A stretch of 64,000 nucleotides of DNA, taken from Antedon mediterranea (lineage: Eukaryota > Animalia > Echinodermata). The stretch spans positions 36,196,388-36,260,387 of the forward strand of contig NC_092670.1 of assembly GCF_964355755.1 (NCBI RefSeq), in the 5' to 3' direction. The number at the start of each line of letters is the position of its first letter. The stretch's first letter is position 1. Below are positions 1-13,202 of the stretch, piece after piece. The translations under genes and the position numbers were made by a program. The notes under the pieces were generated by a model. The model made no database searches. It was not told the origin of the DNA and saw only the letters and a list, made by a program, of their open reading frames with translations.

Positions 1-16
1 AAAATGTTGTACTTAC

Positions 17-3000
17 GGTCCATCCACCACCGGCTGTATCCATATCACAGTACACGTCGAATGGTTTACCATCGCCAGTCGGTTTAATTTCATATTTTCC
101 ACTTGTACCAAAACCACTTGCTAATACTTCTGAACAATCTCTGGGAAGAGGCTCTAAAAAAAGGATATTCAATTATTATTTAGTATTAAAATGCATTAAA
201 TTTGTGTTTATATTTTCAATCTTTTTGGAGATGTGTGAGATCGAGGCTTTCTCTCTTCTTGTAAAAAAACAAAACAAAAAACGCTGTCAATATTATTTTA
301 TTTTGCTGATATGAGATTTTAAATCTTAAAAAACGCTTGAGAGTTTTGATGGTTCGGATCACATTATGACGTTATATATTGTCTGTAGATATGAACCTGA
401 TGACAGAGATATCATGTATATTAAAAGTATGTAATGCAGTAAGATGGGTATCTGGGAGACTTGCAACAGTCTTCCACATAGAATCTGGTGACAGCTACAG
501 AATCGGTTGAAAATCCATTAAAATTTACGTCTAAAAATCAATTGGACAAACTAATCATATTATAATGTTGACTGTTGTATGGAGATAACCGTATACAGTA
601 GAGTTTGTATATTATTGAGGAAGGATTGACCTTTATGACACTTGGCATCGAAAAGGGTAACTTTTCCTTCACAGATCCATAATAAAATGATGGACGCTTG
701 TTTTAGTTTCCAAACAATCATTTTTACGAACATACTTAGTTTGGATGTTATTTCTTTCCTAGTGTGGAATGATGAAAAATATACCGTGCCTTGGTCTGCG
801 ATAATGTGGAAAATAATTGGCAACAATTGACTGTTATGCATTCGGTGACGTGTATGTTTATATTATTCCTGTAATAGAATGTTCAAATTATGATAAACTA
901 CTCTGACACCCAGTGGACATGCAATATTTTATAGAAAGTATTAAAAATAGAGTATAAAGTTTTATTTATCTTAGAATGGAGCCCATGGATAGCGACATGA
1001 GAACATTCTATTTTAGAAAAATAAACCACATTTTTAATATTACTCGTGATAGAAATGACGACAAATCGAAAGTTCATAAGTTTAATACAATGTTCCCTAT
1101 TGTGATGTGATCATTTATAATTGTTAGCACATTTTTGTCGCGACAGGATGAATCAAAATTTTTCTTCCCAAGCATTTTTGGAGAAGATGTTTTATATGTT
1201 TCTTTTCTAATTTTCCCGGTGGATGGTTTTATAAGATCATGATTAATGTAACATCGTAATGTCTGTCACTGTATCACCGTTCATCATTGTTTTTTTTACA
1301 TTGAAATGCTATTATCAGTAAAGGTACAACAAATTAATAATAAATAACAATAATTTAGAATGTTTTATATTTTTTCTTCTATGAAAATAACTCTTAAAAA
1401 AGGAAATGTTTATAATGGTACCAGAAAGACGATATAAAAATTGGCCAAAAATAGATCAACGTGTTAAAAATGCGTTGCCTGTCAAATTGATAAGAAGTCG
1501 ACTATTATATCCATACTGCTATTTTTGTAGACATTTTCGTTATTAATCCACGCATAATAATTGTTCAATTGAGTTTCTGAATTAATTTTTACATTTGATT
1601 TTCTTTTATTACGTGACCGTGAAGAAATGTCATAACACATAAAGATACGCGTTACTTTATTTTAGTAGTGTTATTATTTTTACAATGATGAGTAGACAAC
1701 AAAAGTGGAAAAATATAATTTGATTACTTCGGTTTTCGGTCGGTGTGGAATGTGCAAGTAACGCTGTAGAAATTAACGGTATTAGACCTACTTGTTTTAT
1801 TCTCTGTAGGTTTTATTTGCATGAAAAAGGAAATAATATATATTACAATTTTGAGGGACCTATAATTACTGTAGTAAAGAAAAATATTATAAAATCGTAT
1901 CCGATGTGGTCATGTGAATTAGTGCAGGGGAAACATTTTATAAAATCGTATCCGATGTGGTCATGTGAATTAGTGCAGGAGACAATGGTATAAAATCGTA
2001 TCCGATGTGGTTATGTGAATTAGTGCAGGAGAAAAATTTTATAAAATCGTATCCGATGTGGTCATGTGAATTAGTGCAGGGGGAAAATGCTAAGAAATCT
2101 ATCCGTTGTGGTTATGTAAATTGGTGCATTGGAAAAATGTTATAAAATCGTATCCAACGTGGTTATGTAAATTGGTGGTGCAGGGGGAAAATGTTATTAA
2201 TCGTATCTGATGTGGTTATGTGAAATAATGCAGGGGGAAAATGTTATAAAATCGTATCCGATGTAGTCATGTGAATTGGTGCAGGGGAAAAATGTTATAA
2301 AATTGAATCCGATGTGGTCATGTGAATTAGTGCAGGGGAAAAATGTTATAAAATCGTATCCGATGTGGTCATATGTGCAGGGGGAATTATTATATAAAAT
2401 CGTATCCGATGTGGTCATGTTGCTTAGTGCAGAGAAAACATGTTATAAATTTGTATCCGATATGTGAATTGGAGCAGGGGAAAAATGTTATAAAATCGTA
2501 TCCGATGTGGTCATGTTGCTTAGTGCAGGGAATGTTATATACTATTTTATCTGATGTGGTTATGTAACAGTATTATTGCGGGGTAAATTCTTGCTTGTTT
2601 TTTTTCCAATTAATTGGAGAGAAGTTATTTTTTATGTTATTCCAACCGCCTACTGTTTAAGTGGGGAAAGTAATAAGTCTACCAAAAATAATTAAATGAG
2701 GGATGATGAAACTAAGGTTCCATCTTGTGCAGGGCAAAAATTAAATCAATTTTAGAGGGGTTTATATTTATGTTCTGTGGTGTACTTTGTTGTTATTCCA
2801 ACCGCCTACGGTAGGCCTATACTGTAATGTAAGTGGGTAAAGTGAACTAGAAGGGCCTACTACTATAAATAATTCAGGTTGTTAAACTAAGTATCTCTCA
2901 TGTGGGATCGATCCGGGAGTCTGTAATTTACGAGTGAGATGAATTAGTTCTCATGGAGGACGGTCTACGTTTAAAGTGGTAAAAGTTATGTAAATATGAT

Positions 3001-3624
3001 TTTAATATCTAAACGGAGAGAGGAGGACGATGTACAGTAATTACATAATTAAGGTATCAAATTACAAGTCATATTTTAATATTCCTATCATAGGAAATTG
3101 GTCAGCGTAACACAAACATTTCTACTATTGTTTTTTTTTTTTTTTGTAATTGACGGACTGACCACCAATATTTTATTTGTTTTTTTATATAACCATGTCT
3201 GAATATCAAGTCCATATGAGTGTAAACATATTAAATCTTATTACTCACCGGCAAAACAACTTTTCTTTGTTGTGACGAGGTTTCTAACTCTAGACTCCAC
3301 TTTCTTCAAAATCTGTTTCATCTCAGCCAAGCCAGAGGTACAATTACAACATGCACTTGCTCCACCTGACGATAAATGCTCCGGTATATTGAACTGTGGC
3401 TGGCAAATAAATGTAGGGCTATTTTCCGACTCAGCTTTACTACACGATTCAGACATTTTATTTACCTTCTCCGGCACAACTTCCGTTTTCGCCCGTAACA
3501 AGTCCTCATAATTGGCCTCGGGATCGACAGCTGCATCGTCAACGGCTTCATATCGCTTACCACAATAAGCGGTCCGTAAAAAAGCACTTCCACAAATTAC
3601 TAGCAAGCCTAGCCAGTAATTCAT
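17..3624 (-). CDS. Secreted fibrinogen C-terminal domain (FReD) protein, ficolin/MFAP4/angiopoietin-like; 3' part lies outside the window
   Basis: Exon 1 (3624-3249) encodes a signal peptide [16 protein letters not shown], a Cys cluster (CCNC) and a short coiled coil, and ends G|GTGAGT. Exon 2 (153-17, TAG acceptor, phase 1 matches) reads [46 protein letters not shown], the canonical start of a FReD. Confidence 0.9.
1885..2567. repeat. Minisatellite, ~51-bp unit, ~14 copies
   Basis: Unit TATAAAATCGTATCCGATGTGGTCATGTGAATTAGTGCAGGGGAAAAATGT with variants, in intron 1 of the FReD gene. Confidence 0.95.
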
Positions 3625-4328
3625 GTTTGTCTGTTTTCTATATCGGACTCCTTATGAATATTACGCCGGCTCGAATAAGTCCTATCAACTTGTTGCTTCC
3701 ACAGCGTCGACTAACTAAATCCGAAAGTTTTGATTTGTTAAGACCTCAAAAAGTTGTGGTTAGTAGTTCCGCGCATGCCCAGTGCCAATGCTTTGTTCAG
3801 ACATTGGACAAATTAATTATATTACTACTACAGTACGGTTGGAGTAATATAGGTTGTTGTTCTTGATCTATTTTTTCCTTATACGCAATTATAATGAAGT
3901 GTGACTATTACATCTGAAAATAAAACAACTTTAAAAAAACACCGAAAGTGAATCGAGCAAAGTATTTAAACAGAGACATCAATGTCTCATATTTAAAGTC
4001 GATCGGAAGTTCAAATCGTCACCTGATTTTATGCGAACAATCGCGACTATCGAATAAAGTTCGATCACAATTAAGTTATCAGTGGTAGTACATAGGTTTT
4101 ATTTAAGCCGTTCTTCTTTTTATCTGTACTGTATTTGAAAAACAATTCAATTCAAGAAAGTTTAATAAAAAAAAAGTTGGCCGAGCGCCATATAATTATA
4201 GAGGGCGGTATACAAGGAAACTTCATCGCATGCAGTCTCTTTTTCGGGAAAAAACGTCCTTTTTGATAGCGACGATTGCGAAGGAGGCGGATCCCTCTTC
4301 AAAAGTTGATCAATTATTATTATAAAAA

Positions 4329-7300
4329 ATGGCATTTGTTGAAGAAGGTCTTCGTTTAATAGCTGGTCATCCGTTCCTTGTGTTAGGTTGTTCGGTGGTC
4401 CTTTTCCTAGTGTATAACATTGGTAAATTTGCTAATGCCTTCAACGTAGGTCCAAATCCTTTCAAAACGTTGATCGAGACCAAGTCAGCACCGTACATCA
4501 GCGATCAGGCAGCTCGAGATAAGGTGATCAAACAAGGTAATGAGCACTATCCAAGGCCTAGACTGCAAGTGCATCAGCCTGGTTGGTTGGGTTGTGACCA
4601 GGGGTTGGCCACCAGTACTCAACATCACATCGCCGTAGTGATACTACATAAAAAGACTTTATTAAATAAAATGCCTTTTTTTAAAGTCACTTTTTATAGA
4701 CCTACTAAGAAGGCCATTTGATTAAAAAAAAAAATTAAATTGTATTTTTTTAAATCAGGTTTTACATTACAAAAAGTTCCGGAGAACCTTGATGCTATTG
4801 TGATAGGCAGTGGAATCGGTGGTCTGTCCACTGCAGCAGTCCTGTCCAAGGCTGGCAAGAAAGTACTGGTTCTTGAGCAGCATGACCAAGCCGGAGGATG
4901 CTGCCATTCTTTTCACGATAAAGGATACGAGTTTGATGTTGGTGGGTATCATGATTTATGGCACTACTGCACTTTTGCAACAACTTAAATTATTTTGAGA
5001 GTTGATGATGGCAACGCTAAACATTCGTGGCTAAATGTGCAGTAGTGCTAAACTACAGTATTATAATGCTTATAATTTCACCTACGAAAGTTTTGTTTTA
5101 AATTCAATGAGCAATACATTAATGTCAACACATCTTTTGACTAATATTTTTCCATACAATTTGTTGTTTAACAACATTTTTTTCCAGTATAAATCTTTTT
5201 CAATACTTCAATTTCTTTTTTAAAACAATCAAAGGAATTCACTATGTTGGCGAAATGGAGAATAACACCTTGACACAGATATACGTTGACCAAATCACTG
5301 ATGGAAAGTTAGAATTTACGAAGATCGATCAAAACTTCGACACATTGGTTCTTGGAAAAGGTGAAAACCAACGATCTTACAAACTTGAATGTGGTTCAAG
5401 AGAAATCTACAGACAAGGACTTTTGAAATGTTTCCCAGATGAGAAAAAAGCCATTGACAAATACATGAAACTATTAAAGGTTTAATATTATATTAATTAT
5501 TTGAAAAAAAATCGTATTTGTCATTTTTCTATTAAATTAAAATTATATACATGCATGAAAAAAATATTAAAGATTTTTATAATTAAATAATATTTAAAAA
5601 AAATTGATTTCTTGTTTTCCATTTTTCTTATTCATACAAAATTATTGACATGCATGGTAAAAAACAAAACACAAAATAACATTTAATTTATCGTCTTTGA
5701 TTTTTAGGAGATTAAAAATGCCAGTCTTGGATTCATGTTTCCAAAAATAGCACCAAAACCTTTGCTGAAATTGATGAACATGACTGGTCTGAGTAAACTG
5801 CTTTTCTCATCGTATGACAAATATGCTAAATTGACAACACAGGAGGTCTTGGATGGGTTAACAGATAACAAGGACTTGAAGGCGCTATTCTGTTATTGTT
5901 ACGGAGACTATGGTGCGTGATTTGTCTCTTAGACCTGTATTCATTCATCCTGGACTATCTTTAGTCCTGGACAAAATCCCAGAGAGAGTCCAGAGCTAAT
6001 TTATCTCTTAGGCTTGTATACATGAAAGGGGACTATCTTTAATCCTGGATTAGCCTTGGTACTGGACTAAGTCTACAAAAGAGAAGGGGGTGGAGAGAGG
6101 AATCCAGAGGTCAAAACATAGTGGGTCGGCCTATGTCAACATGGTTAATTTTGCATACTGGTCTATTATTAAGAGAATAAATGGACATAAAATATGTATA
6201 AAGTGCATGAAAACAAAATGTAGAAGCAATATGCTCTTATTAATAGTGAGTAAAGCTCTGTCTACACTAGTTTGACAAACAAAGTGTGATGTGCCTAAAT
6301 ATGGTAGTGACATGCTTAAATATGGTAGTGATGTGACATCATCATGTCCATATATGGGCACATCACAATTTTTTTGTCACAAAGTTTGATAGTATAGACA
6401 GAGCTTTACACTACCCTAAATGCTTCCTACATGTTCTTAAATTAATGCGGTACTTATGTGGGTTTAGCACTGTATTGACCATAAAGACTATACGTTAATC
6501 ATCCAAAGCCTGGATTGAACTAGAACCCTGAGATTGTCAAGCAAGCATGCTACCACACACCCACAGTGCTGTAAATTAATTCTATTTCATTTACAGGTAC
6601 GGTACCAAAGGCATCAACATTCGTAATGCACGCTATGCTTGTTAACCACTTTATATACGGCTGTTTCTATCCCCGAGGGGGAGCTAGTGAAATAGCTATG
6701 ACCATAATCCCAACAATAGAAAAGGCAGGAGGGCGTGTGCTTGTCAGAGCCCCAGTGTCGGAAATCATCATGGAAAATGGCAAAGCATGTGGTAAGTATG
6801 GCATATTTTAACAGTCTTAAGCTCCGTCTACACTATCAAACTAGTTTGACTTGCACAAATATGGTACTGACATGGTCAAATATGGTAGTGATATGGTTAA
6901 ATACGGTACTGATATAACATCATCATGTCCATATATGGGCACATCACATTGTTTTGTCACATAAAGTTTGATAGTGTAGACAGGGCTTAAGTATTGGAAT
7001 ACAGTAGAACGTCCATTAAGGGACACCTTTAAGACTCAACAACATGTCCCCTCAATAGGGGTTGGCTGTTGAGTGAAAATGGTTTTGAAATAAAGATGGG
7101 CAATATATGTTATAACACTACAGTACGCCCATATTGCGTAATATATTCAATGGTCTAATTCATATTTTTCACGCTGCTGCTCTAGCACGCTACGTCACAT
7201 GAGATGACTCATTAATTAGATGAAATCAAGCAGCAGTTATAGTACTACACTTTGAAATTTTTGTTAAAATGGAAACTCCACTATAATTTATAGGTAGCAG

Positions 7301-10300
7301 CTGCATATCTGGTATTTATGAGTCCCATGAAAATACTGTATTTCACTGTCAGATCATTGAATTATTATCAAAACAGTCCATGAAAGTTTTTGTTTGTAAT
7401 ATGATACTTCACACTTGAAGTATCTAAGGTGTGATGAAGTGACCCCCAGACTTGACCTTAGCAATAAAATAAACTAAATTGAGTCTGTTTAATATCAAAG
7501 TTATTCACTTCTGTAACAAAATTCACATTATAGAAAGAGAAAAGAAACGTTTAATTATAACTAAAAAAACCACATTGTCTGACAGACAATTGAAGTATTT
7601 GGTAATTACATTTTTTTCAGGTAAAATAAATATTACGTGACAATAAAATGACACATTCAAAAACAAATTTGAAATAAAAAAATATTTTTCAGAGGGACAA
7701 TATATCTTTAAAACTGTTACGTCAATAAGCGAGCAGCGTTTTTTTGTAAGAAATATTTCTTGTTTAAATCTGAAAATCTTATTGTTGTATATTGAGTATT
7801 ACTATTAATACTTGTTTTTTCTCTCTCTCTCTAGGTGTTCGTGTTGCAAAGAGTAGCGGATCTATTGATATAAAAGCTCCTGTGATTATTTCGAATGCTG
7901 GTATTTACAACACTTTTCAACGGCTAATACCAGCAGAAACATCAAAAGCAGTAGGACGTATGTCATGTCACTTTTTTTATACAATACTTATAATAATAAT
8001 ATTTAATAAATTAATACATAAAAAAACACAACCAATATTGACTTTGTAAAATTGACTGTATTATCACAAGTGCAATATTTCCTTCAATTTTGCAAAATAA
8101 GAGTTTATAATTTAAATTTTTTTTACCACAACACTAAACACTAGTTATTTAGGGAACAAAATTGCATGAACATGTTTAACTATTAGTACTTGAAATAAAG
8201 CTGGCCTTTTTGTGTTATTCACCATAAAACTACCTTCATTAAAAAGTAAAATCCACAATTGCTCAGATAACTGATCTTCCCTATTTCAATTGTTATATCA
8301 TAAGCTTTGCCTACTAATACTACTGTTAGTAGTTAAAAGTAGATTACATTATTAAGCCTTTTTATTGAATTTGAGCTGCCCTGAATGATCATTGTAAGCA
8401 ACTTAACCTTTTGTATCCTGCTAGCTTATTTCTGTCCTAACTATCTTAAGTATTAAAAACCACAGAAACTCACTATAGTATTTAAGCAAAATATGATTTC
8501 ATGTGTTTGACTTTGACATTGAACCTTGATAAAAACTTTCTGTTATCTTATCATATATAGAGCGATGTAATATTTGTACAATAACACACCATTGTTCAAA
8601 ACAATACATGGACCTTATAAATTAGGTCCATGTTCTGATTACTGTATTAATCAAAGTCAACCACTAAAGCGTGGTTCCCACTAGCGACGCAACGCAAGGA
8701 CGTAACGCAACGCAAGTGAATTGACCAATCACAAGCGATGGCTTATTCGCTTGTGATTGCTAACTGTCTATAACTTCGCTTGTCATTGGTTAAAACGCTT
8801 GTGTTGCGTTATGTCCTTGCGTTGCATCGCTAGTGGGAACCACGCTTAACAAGTACACATACTGCACACAGTGTATTTATATTTACACACTATCCAGATT
8901 TCTGTAAAGAACATTTTGTTAAAATTTTGAAAAAAAAAAATTAACTAACAAAAAAAACTGCTCTGCCCATATGGATGTTGTAAATAAGCCTATACCTCAA
9001 AATCAGTCATGTCTGTATCATAATTTTTAAAACATTATAGGTGATAATTGGTTTAGTCACTTAATTTTTTAGACTGACCCCACCCTGATATTGGTTATTC
9101 CCTTTTCTTCTATTCTATTCTGTCTCGAACAACATAATTTTGTTAAAAAATGGAAATGCTTTTAATCAGGTGCTGAACGTCAGTCTACAGTATGCCTACA
9201 TAATAAAATTTATCATAATTTATGATAAAAAAAGACAAACATTAATGTTATATGTCTAGACAAGATTATTATCCACAAAAGCCATACTTTAAGATAATAA
9301 TTGACCACAAACTTGAAGTACTAGATATTTTTAATATTCAATTACGAATATCAAAATTTTGGCAATGTTTTGTATAACACAATTGCAATGACATTAATGA
9401 GCTTAAAAATCATAACAACTACAGTAGAACCTCCATTTTACGTACAGTACGGGACCGAAAGGCGTACGTAAAACAAGAGATTCGTAAAATCTAGGTTGAC
9501 CTTAAATTGACCCCCAAATACGTAGAAATCGTAGCTATAAAGGCTACCGTGTTTGCCTAGGCCTAGTCCTACTTTACTGTACAGCATGCAGGTGGTCACT
9601 AGCTAGGCCTTGCCTAGACTATTCAGGCCAGGCTAGCAGGCCTAGCAAGAGAAGATGTGAGGCCTAACTAGAAAAGTACACAGTATGTACAGCCTGTGCG
9701 TTATAATAAGAAAATGATGACGTCATCGGTCATTATAAGCGTACGTAAAATCCAGGGAACGTAAAATTAGGGTACGTAAAACAGGTTCTACTGTAACTGT
9801 AAATACACTGATATTGACAGTTGACTTTTCATTGTGATGAGAAATAATTAATAAAATATTTTTTCCCACGATACAACGATACAGTATGTAACAGGACAAT
9901 AAAATGTAATTATATAAATAAACCAATCTAGTTTTTGTTATTAGGTTTTGTTCTATACAAACCCTTATAAAAAATTACTTTTAGCTGCAGTGAAAGGAAA
10001 GAAAAATGATAACTTTGAAACTAAAAATTCAATTTCTAGGTGTGGAAGACGTGTACAAAGGTGGACGACATGGTTTAGGAGCAATGTCGGTGTTCATCGG
10101 TTTAAAAGGAACATCAAAGGAATTGAAACTTAAGGCAGGCCAAGTATGGGCATTTACTGGTAGCGAGATGGATGATTTAGCGGAAGAGTACCTTGGAAGA
10201 GCGCAGAAGGACGCAGCCAAAGACCAAATCCCTTTGCTGTTCATTTCATTCCCATCTGCTAAAGACACAACTTGGGATGCTCGTATGCCAGGTAGTTTAA

Positions 10301-11794
10301 TTAATTTGCATAATCATACAGGTGTTTGCTTGTTATGGGGTGCTCGTATGCCAGGTAGTTTAATTACTTTGCATAATCATACAGGTGGAAGTTATTTGCA
10401 TATTCAGCCACATGAATTTATTATTTTTTTAAACAGGAAAATCAAACTGCACATTAGTTTCTCTGGCCAATTACAACTGGTTCAAGAAATGGGAAGATGA
10501 GAGGGTAATGAAGCGTGGAGAAGATTACGAAACAATTAGAGATTCAATTGGTAACTTGATGTGGGAACAGACGTGTGAAATCTTTCCCCATCTTAAGGAC
10601 AAGGTTTGTACAAAGTTTTCAATAAAATATTTAATCAGGCCTAAAAACAAATGCCCAAATGCACAAACCTGACCAAGCTAAAATAGGCCCTTTCTACACT
10701 ATCAAACTTTATGTAACAAAAACAAATGATGTCATATTTGGGCACATTTTTTGTCAAACTGTATAGTATACAAAGCTTTAGGTATAGCACTACAGCTTTT
10801 TGGTATTGTTACTTCATTGTATTTTGACTATACTAATAATAATAATAATCATTTTTCACAAAATTCTAGCAAAATTAAGTAAGGATCAAAATTAAAATCC
10901 TGTTTTCCTTTTTGATACTATTTTTAAAGTTGGATTATCTTCAGCTTTGAATTGCAATGTTTTGAGTCATAAATTTCAAATACAATTAAAATAACAATAA
11001 TAACAACATAATAAAAACAAGAAATATTTCTTACAAATCATTGTTCTTTCTTCAGATATATTTAATTATTAAAGTAATTATTAAAAAGATGTCCCAACAA
11101 TACATAAAAATCAAAGATAGCCCATATATGGACACGATTACGTCATATCACAACCATACTTGGGCACATCACACTTTTTTGTCAAACTAGTTTGATAGTG
11201 TAGATAGAGCATGTACATGAATTCTCTCCAAAATGTGTTTTTGTATATAAAAGAATACAATGTACGCTTATGGTATTTGGTTTTTTTTTAGGTCGAGTAT
11301 TTCTCAATTGGTAGCCCTCTTAGCAACAGACATTACATTGCTGCCATGAAGGGAGAGATGTATGGCATGGACCACAACCTTGAACGCTTTCAAAGAGAAA
11401 ATTGTGAAAAGTTTCGGCCAGAAACAAACATACCTGGACTTTTCTTGACAGGCAAGTTTCAATTTAATTTTTTGCATTTTCGACAGTGTCGTACGACGAG
11501 GCGCGAATCGTCGGTGCTGTCTTGAGGTAGCATCAGGCTTAGATTTTAGGTTGTTGCATGTCTGAGTTGGCCTTAACAGAACAGAAAATGTAACTTTGTT
11601 TTATGAAATGCAACAACATCTTTCTTTAATGTTTTTTTTTGTTTTCATTTACAGGTCAAGACATTATGACCTGTGGCTTTGCTGGGGGTCTGTATGGTGG
11701 GCTAATGTGCGCAGGAGCTGTTTTAGATCGAAATCTTTTTGTTGACCTTATAACGTTGAAAAAGCAAGCAGCAAAAAAAAATAAAAGCCTTTAA
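4329..11794 (+). CDS. RETSAT: All-trans-retinol 13,14-reductase (retinol saturase)
   Basis: Exons 4329-4536, 4759-4941, 5235-5479, 5708-5912, 6597-6791, 7835-7957, 10040-10291, 10437-10603, 11292-11451 (GC donor), 11655-11794, with consistent phases. Motifs: N-terminal hydrophobic anchor, [13 protein letters not shown] (FAD-binding), [52 protein letters not shown]. Confidence 0.95.
6254..6405. mobile_element. MITE family A (PIF/Harbinger-like)
   Basis: TIR AGCTCTGTCTACACTATCAAACT, TAA/TTA flanks, internal AAATATGGTAGTGATATG repeats. About 15 copies in the window. Confidence 0.85.
6440..6570 (-). mobile_element. Degenerate tRNA-derived SINE head
   Basis: Minus strand shows GTGTGTGGTAGCATG (A-box-like) followed by GTTCAATCC (B-box). 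Confidence 0.5.
6820..6987. mobile_element. MITE family A
   Basis: Same TIRs and internal repeats as 6254-6405. Confidence 0.85.
8668..8846. mobile_element. MITE family B (PIF/Harbinger-like)
   Basis: TIR AGCGTGGTTCCCACTAG...CTAGTGGGAACCACGCT with TAA on both sides; near-identical to 24937-25115 and 46931-47109. Confidence 0.9.
9422..9792. mobile_element. Tc1/mariner (Tigger-like) MITE
   Basis: TA|CAGTAGAACCTCCATTTTACGTAC ... GTACGTAAAAACAGGTTCTACTG|TA, with internal CGTAAAA repeats. Confidence 0.8.
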
Positions 11795-12091
11795 ACCGAT
11801 CTTATTTACTTTGATACTACTACTACTTTAATTGTTTTTGCTACCTGGTTGAATGAAAATAAATAAAAAAAACATAAAAATTGGATAATGGTGAACTAAC
11901 TCGACACCTAATTACAATATTAATTAATTACGGTATATAAATAGAAAAGTATGAAATAGCTGCTTTATATGATAAAATAAATAGCAGGTATGGATTTCTA
12001 ACAATAATTCTGAAAAAGGATAATTTATTGTTTTAACAATAACTGGCACTCACCCATCCACTAGTGTGAAATAAAACATTCATAATTAAAT

Positions 12092-12195
12092 ACCAAATCC
12101 CTTTGCTGTTCATTTCATTTCCATCTGCTAAAGACACAACTTCGAATGCTCTTATGCCAGATAGTTTACTTAATTTGCATCATACAGGTGGAAGT
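12092..12195 (+). pseudogene. Local copy of the RETSAT exon 7 end plus intron start
   Basis: Matches 10223-10324 ([15 protein letters not shown]...); the donor GT has become AT. Confidence 0.85.
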
Positions 12196-13202
12196 CTGTT
12201 TGTCTGTTTAAATGGCACTCTCATCCGTCCACTAGTTTGAAAATAATATGCAGTGTGAAATAAAACATTCAGAATTAAATGCTTATGTTACCTAATGTAT
12301 TAAACAAACTTGCAGACAAAATATTTAATTGTACTGATATACAAAGCAAAGATTACTTTCTTAGATGAAATGTAATGAAGATAACTAAGATGTTGACGTG
12401 TAAATGTATATGAAATTTAGAATAAATTATGAAACGGAATACAATTATTTTATGTAGTGTAGTGTTTCTTTACCGCCAACTCCATTCTCAAAAAGAAAGA
12501 AAAAAACACCGTTCATTAAAGCAAGGCTACTCCTAGAAAGGAGTATTGGAAAATATATATTTGAAAATCTGTTGATAGTTTATTCAACCATATTTTTTTA
12601 CATGCAGTATATAAATTATAATTTAATCTAATAAAACCTATAAAACAAAACGAATAAAAAAAAACCATTAGTTCTTGCTAGTTAGCTAATACTACAGGAT
12701 TTGCTGTTAGAAAAGTACCCAAAAAATGTAATTTTAAAAGTTAGGAGGAGGGGTTGGAGTCTAAATCATGATCTTAATTCATATTATATGCCTTTTAGTA
12801 ATTGTAAAAGTCTAAATAATAAACAGCAACTTTAAGTCAGTTCCGAGTAAGCCACTCCTTAAAAACACTTGAATTAAAAAAAAAGGAATCTACTTACACG
12901 TCATGTGAGTGTTCAAGAAGAAAAAATAAGTAGATTGTATAAAAATCAGACAAAAGTCTCGACAATCGGGCGTCCTGCCAAATCGGTACTTAAATTGATA
13001 TTGGAACAGTAAGGTTTACCATGGCAGACGAAACTAATTTTGTCCACGTGGCCTGTCATAATGTTGTGAAATTACGATAATTAGTAGCCAGGTATCACAT
13101 TTTGACCTTCACTGTCTGATATAGAACAGGTACATTCTCAACAATGAGACCTGGATGATTTTAAGTTTGATTACTGCAGCAAATTGTGCGATTACAGACT
13201 AA

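Noticed and set aside
360-880. Coding-like stretch and ORF 560-841 in the FReD intron
   Set aside because: No recognisable motif or consistent splice sites; possibly a decayed repeat.
1885-2567. Regular repeats as a CRISPR array, and the ORFs across them
   Set aside because: Units are contiguous with no unique spacers, the context is a eukaryotic intron, and the ORFs arise from the 51-bp period.
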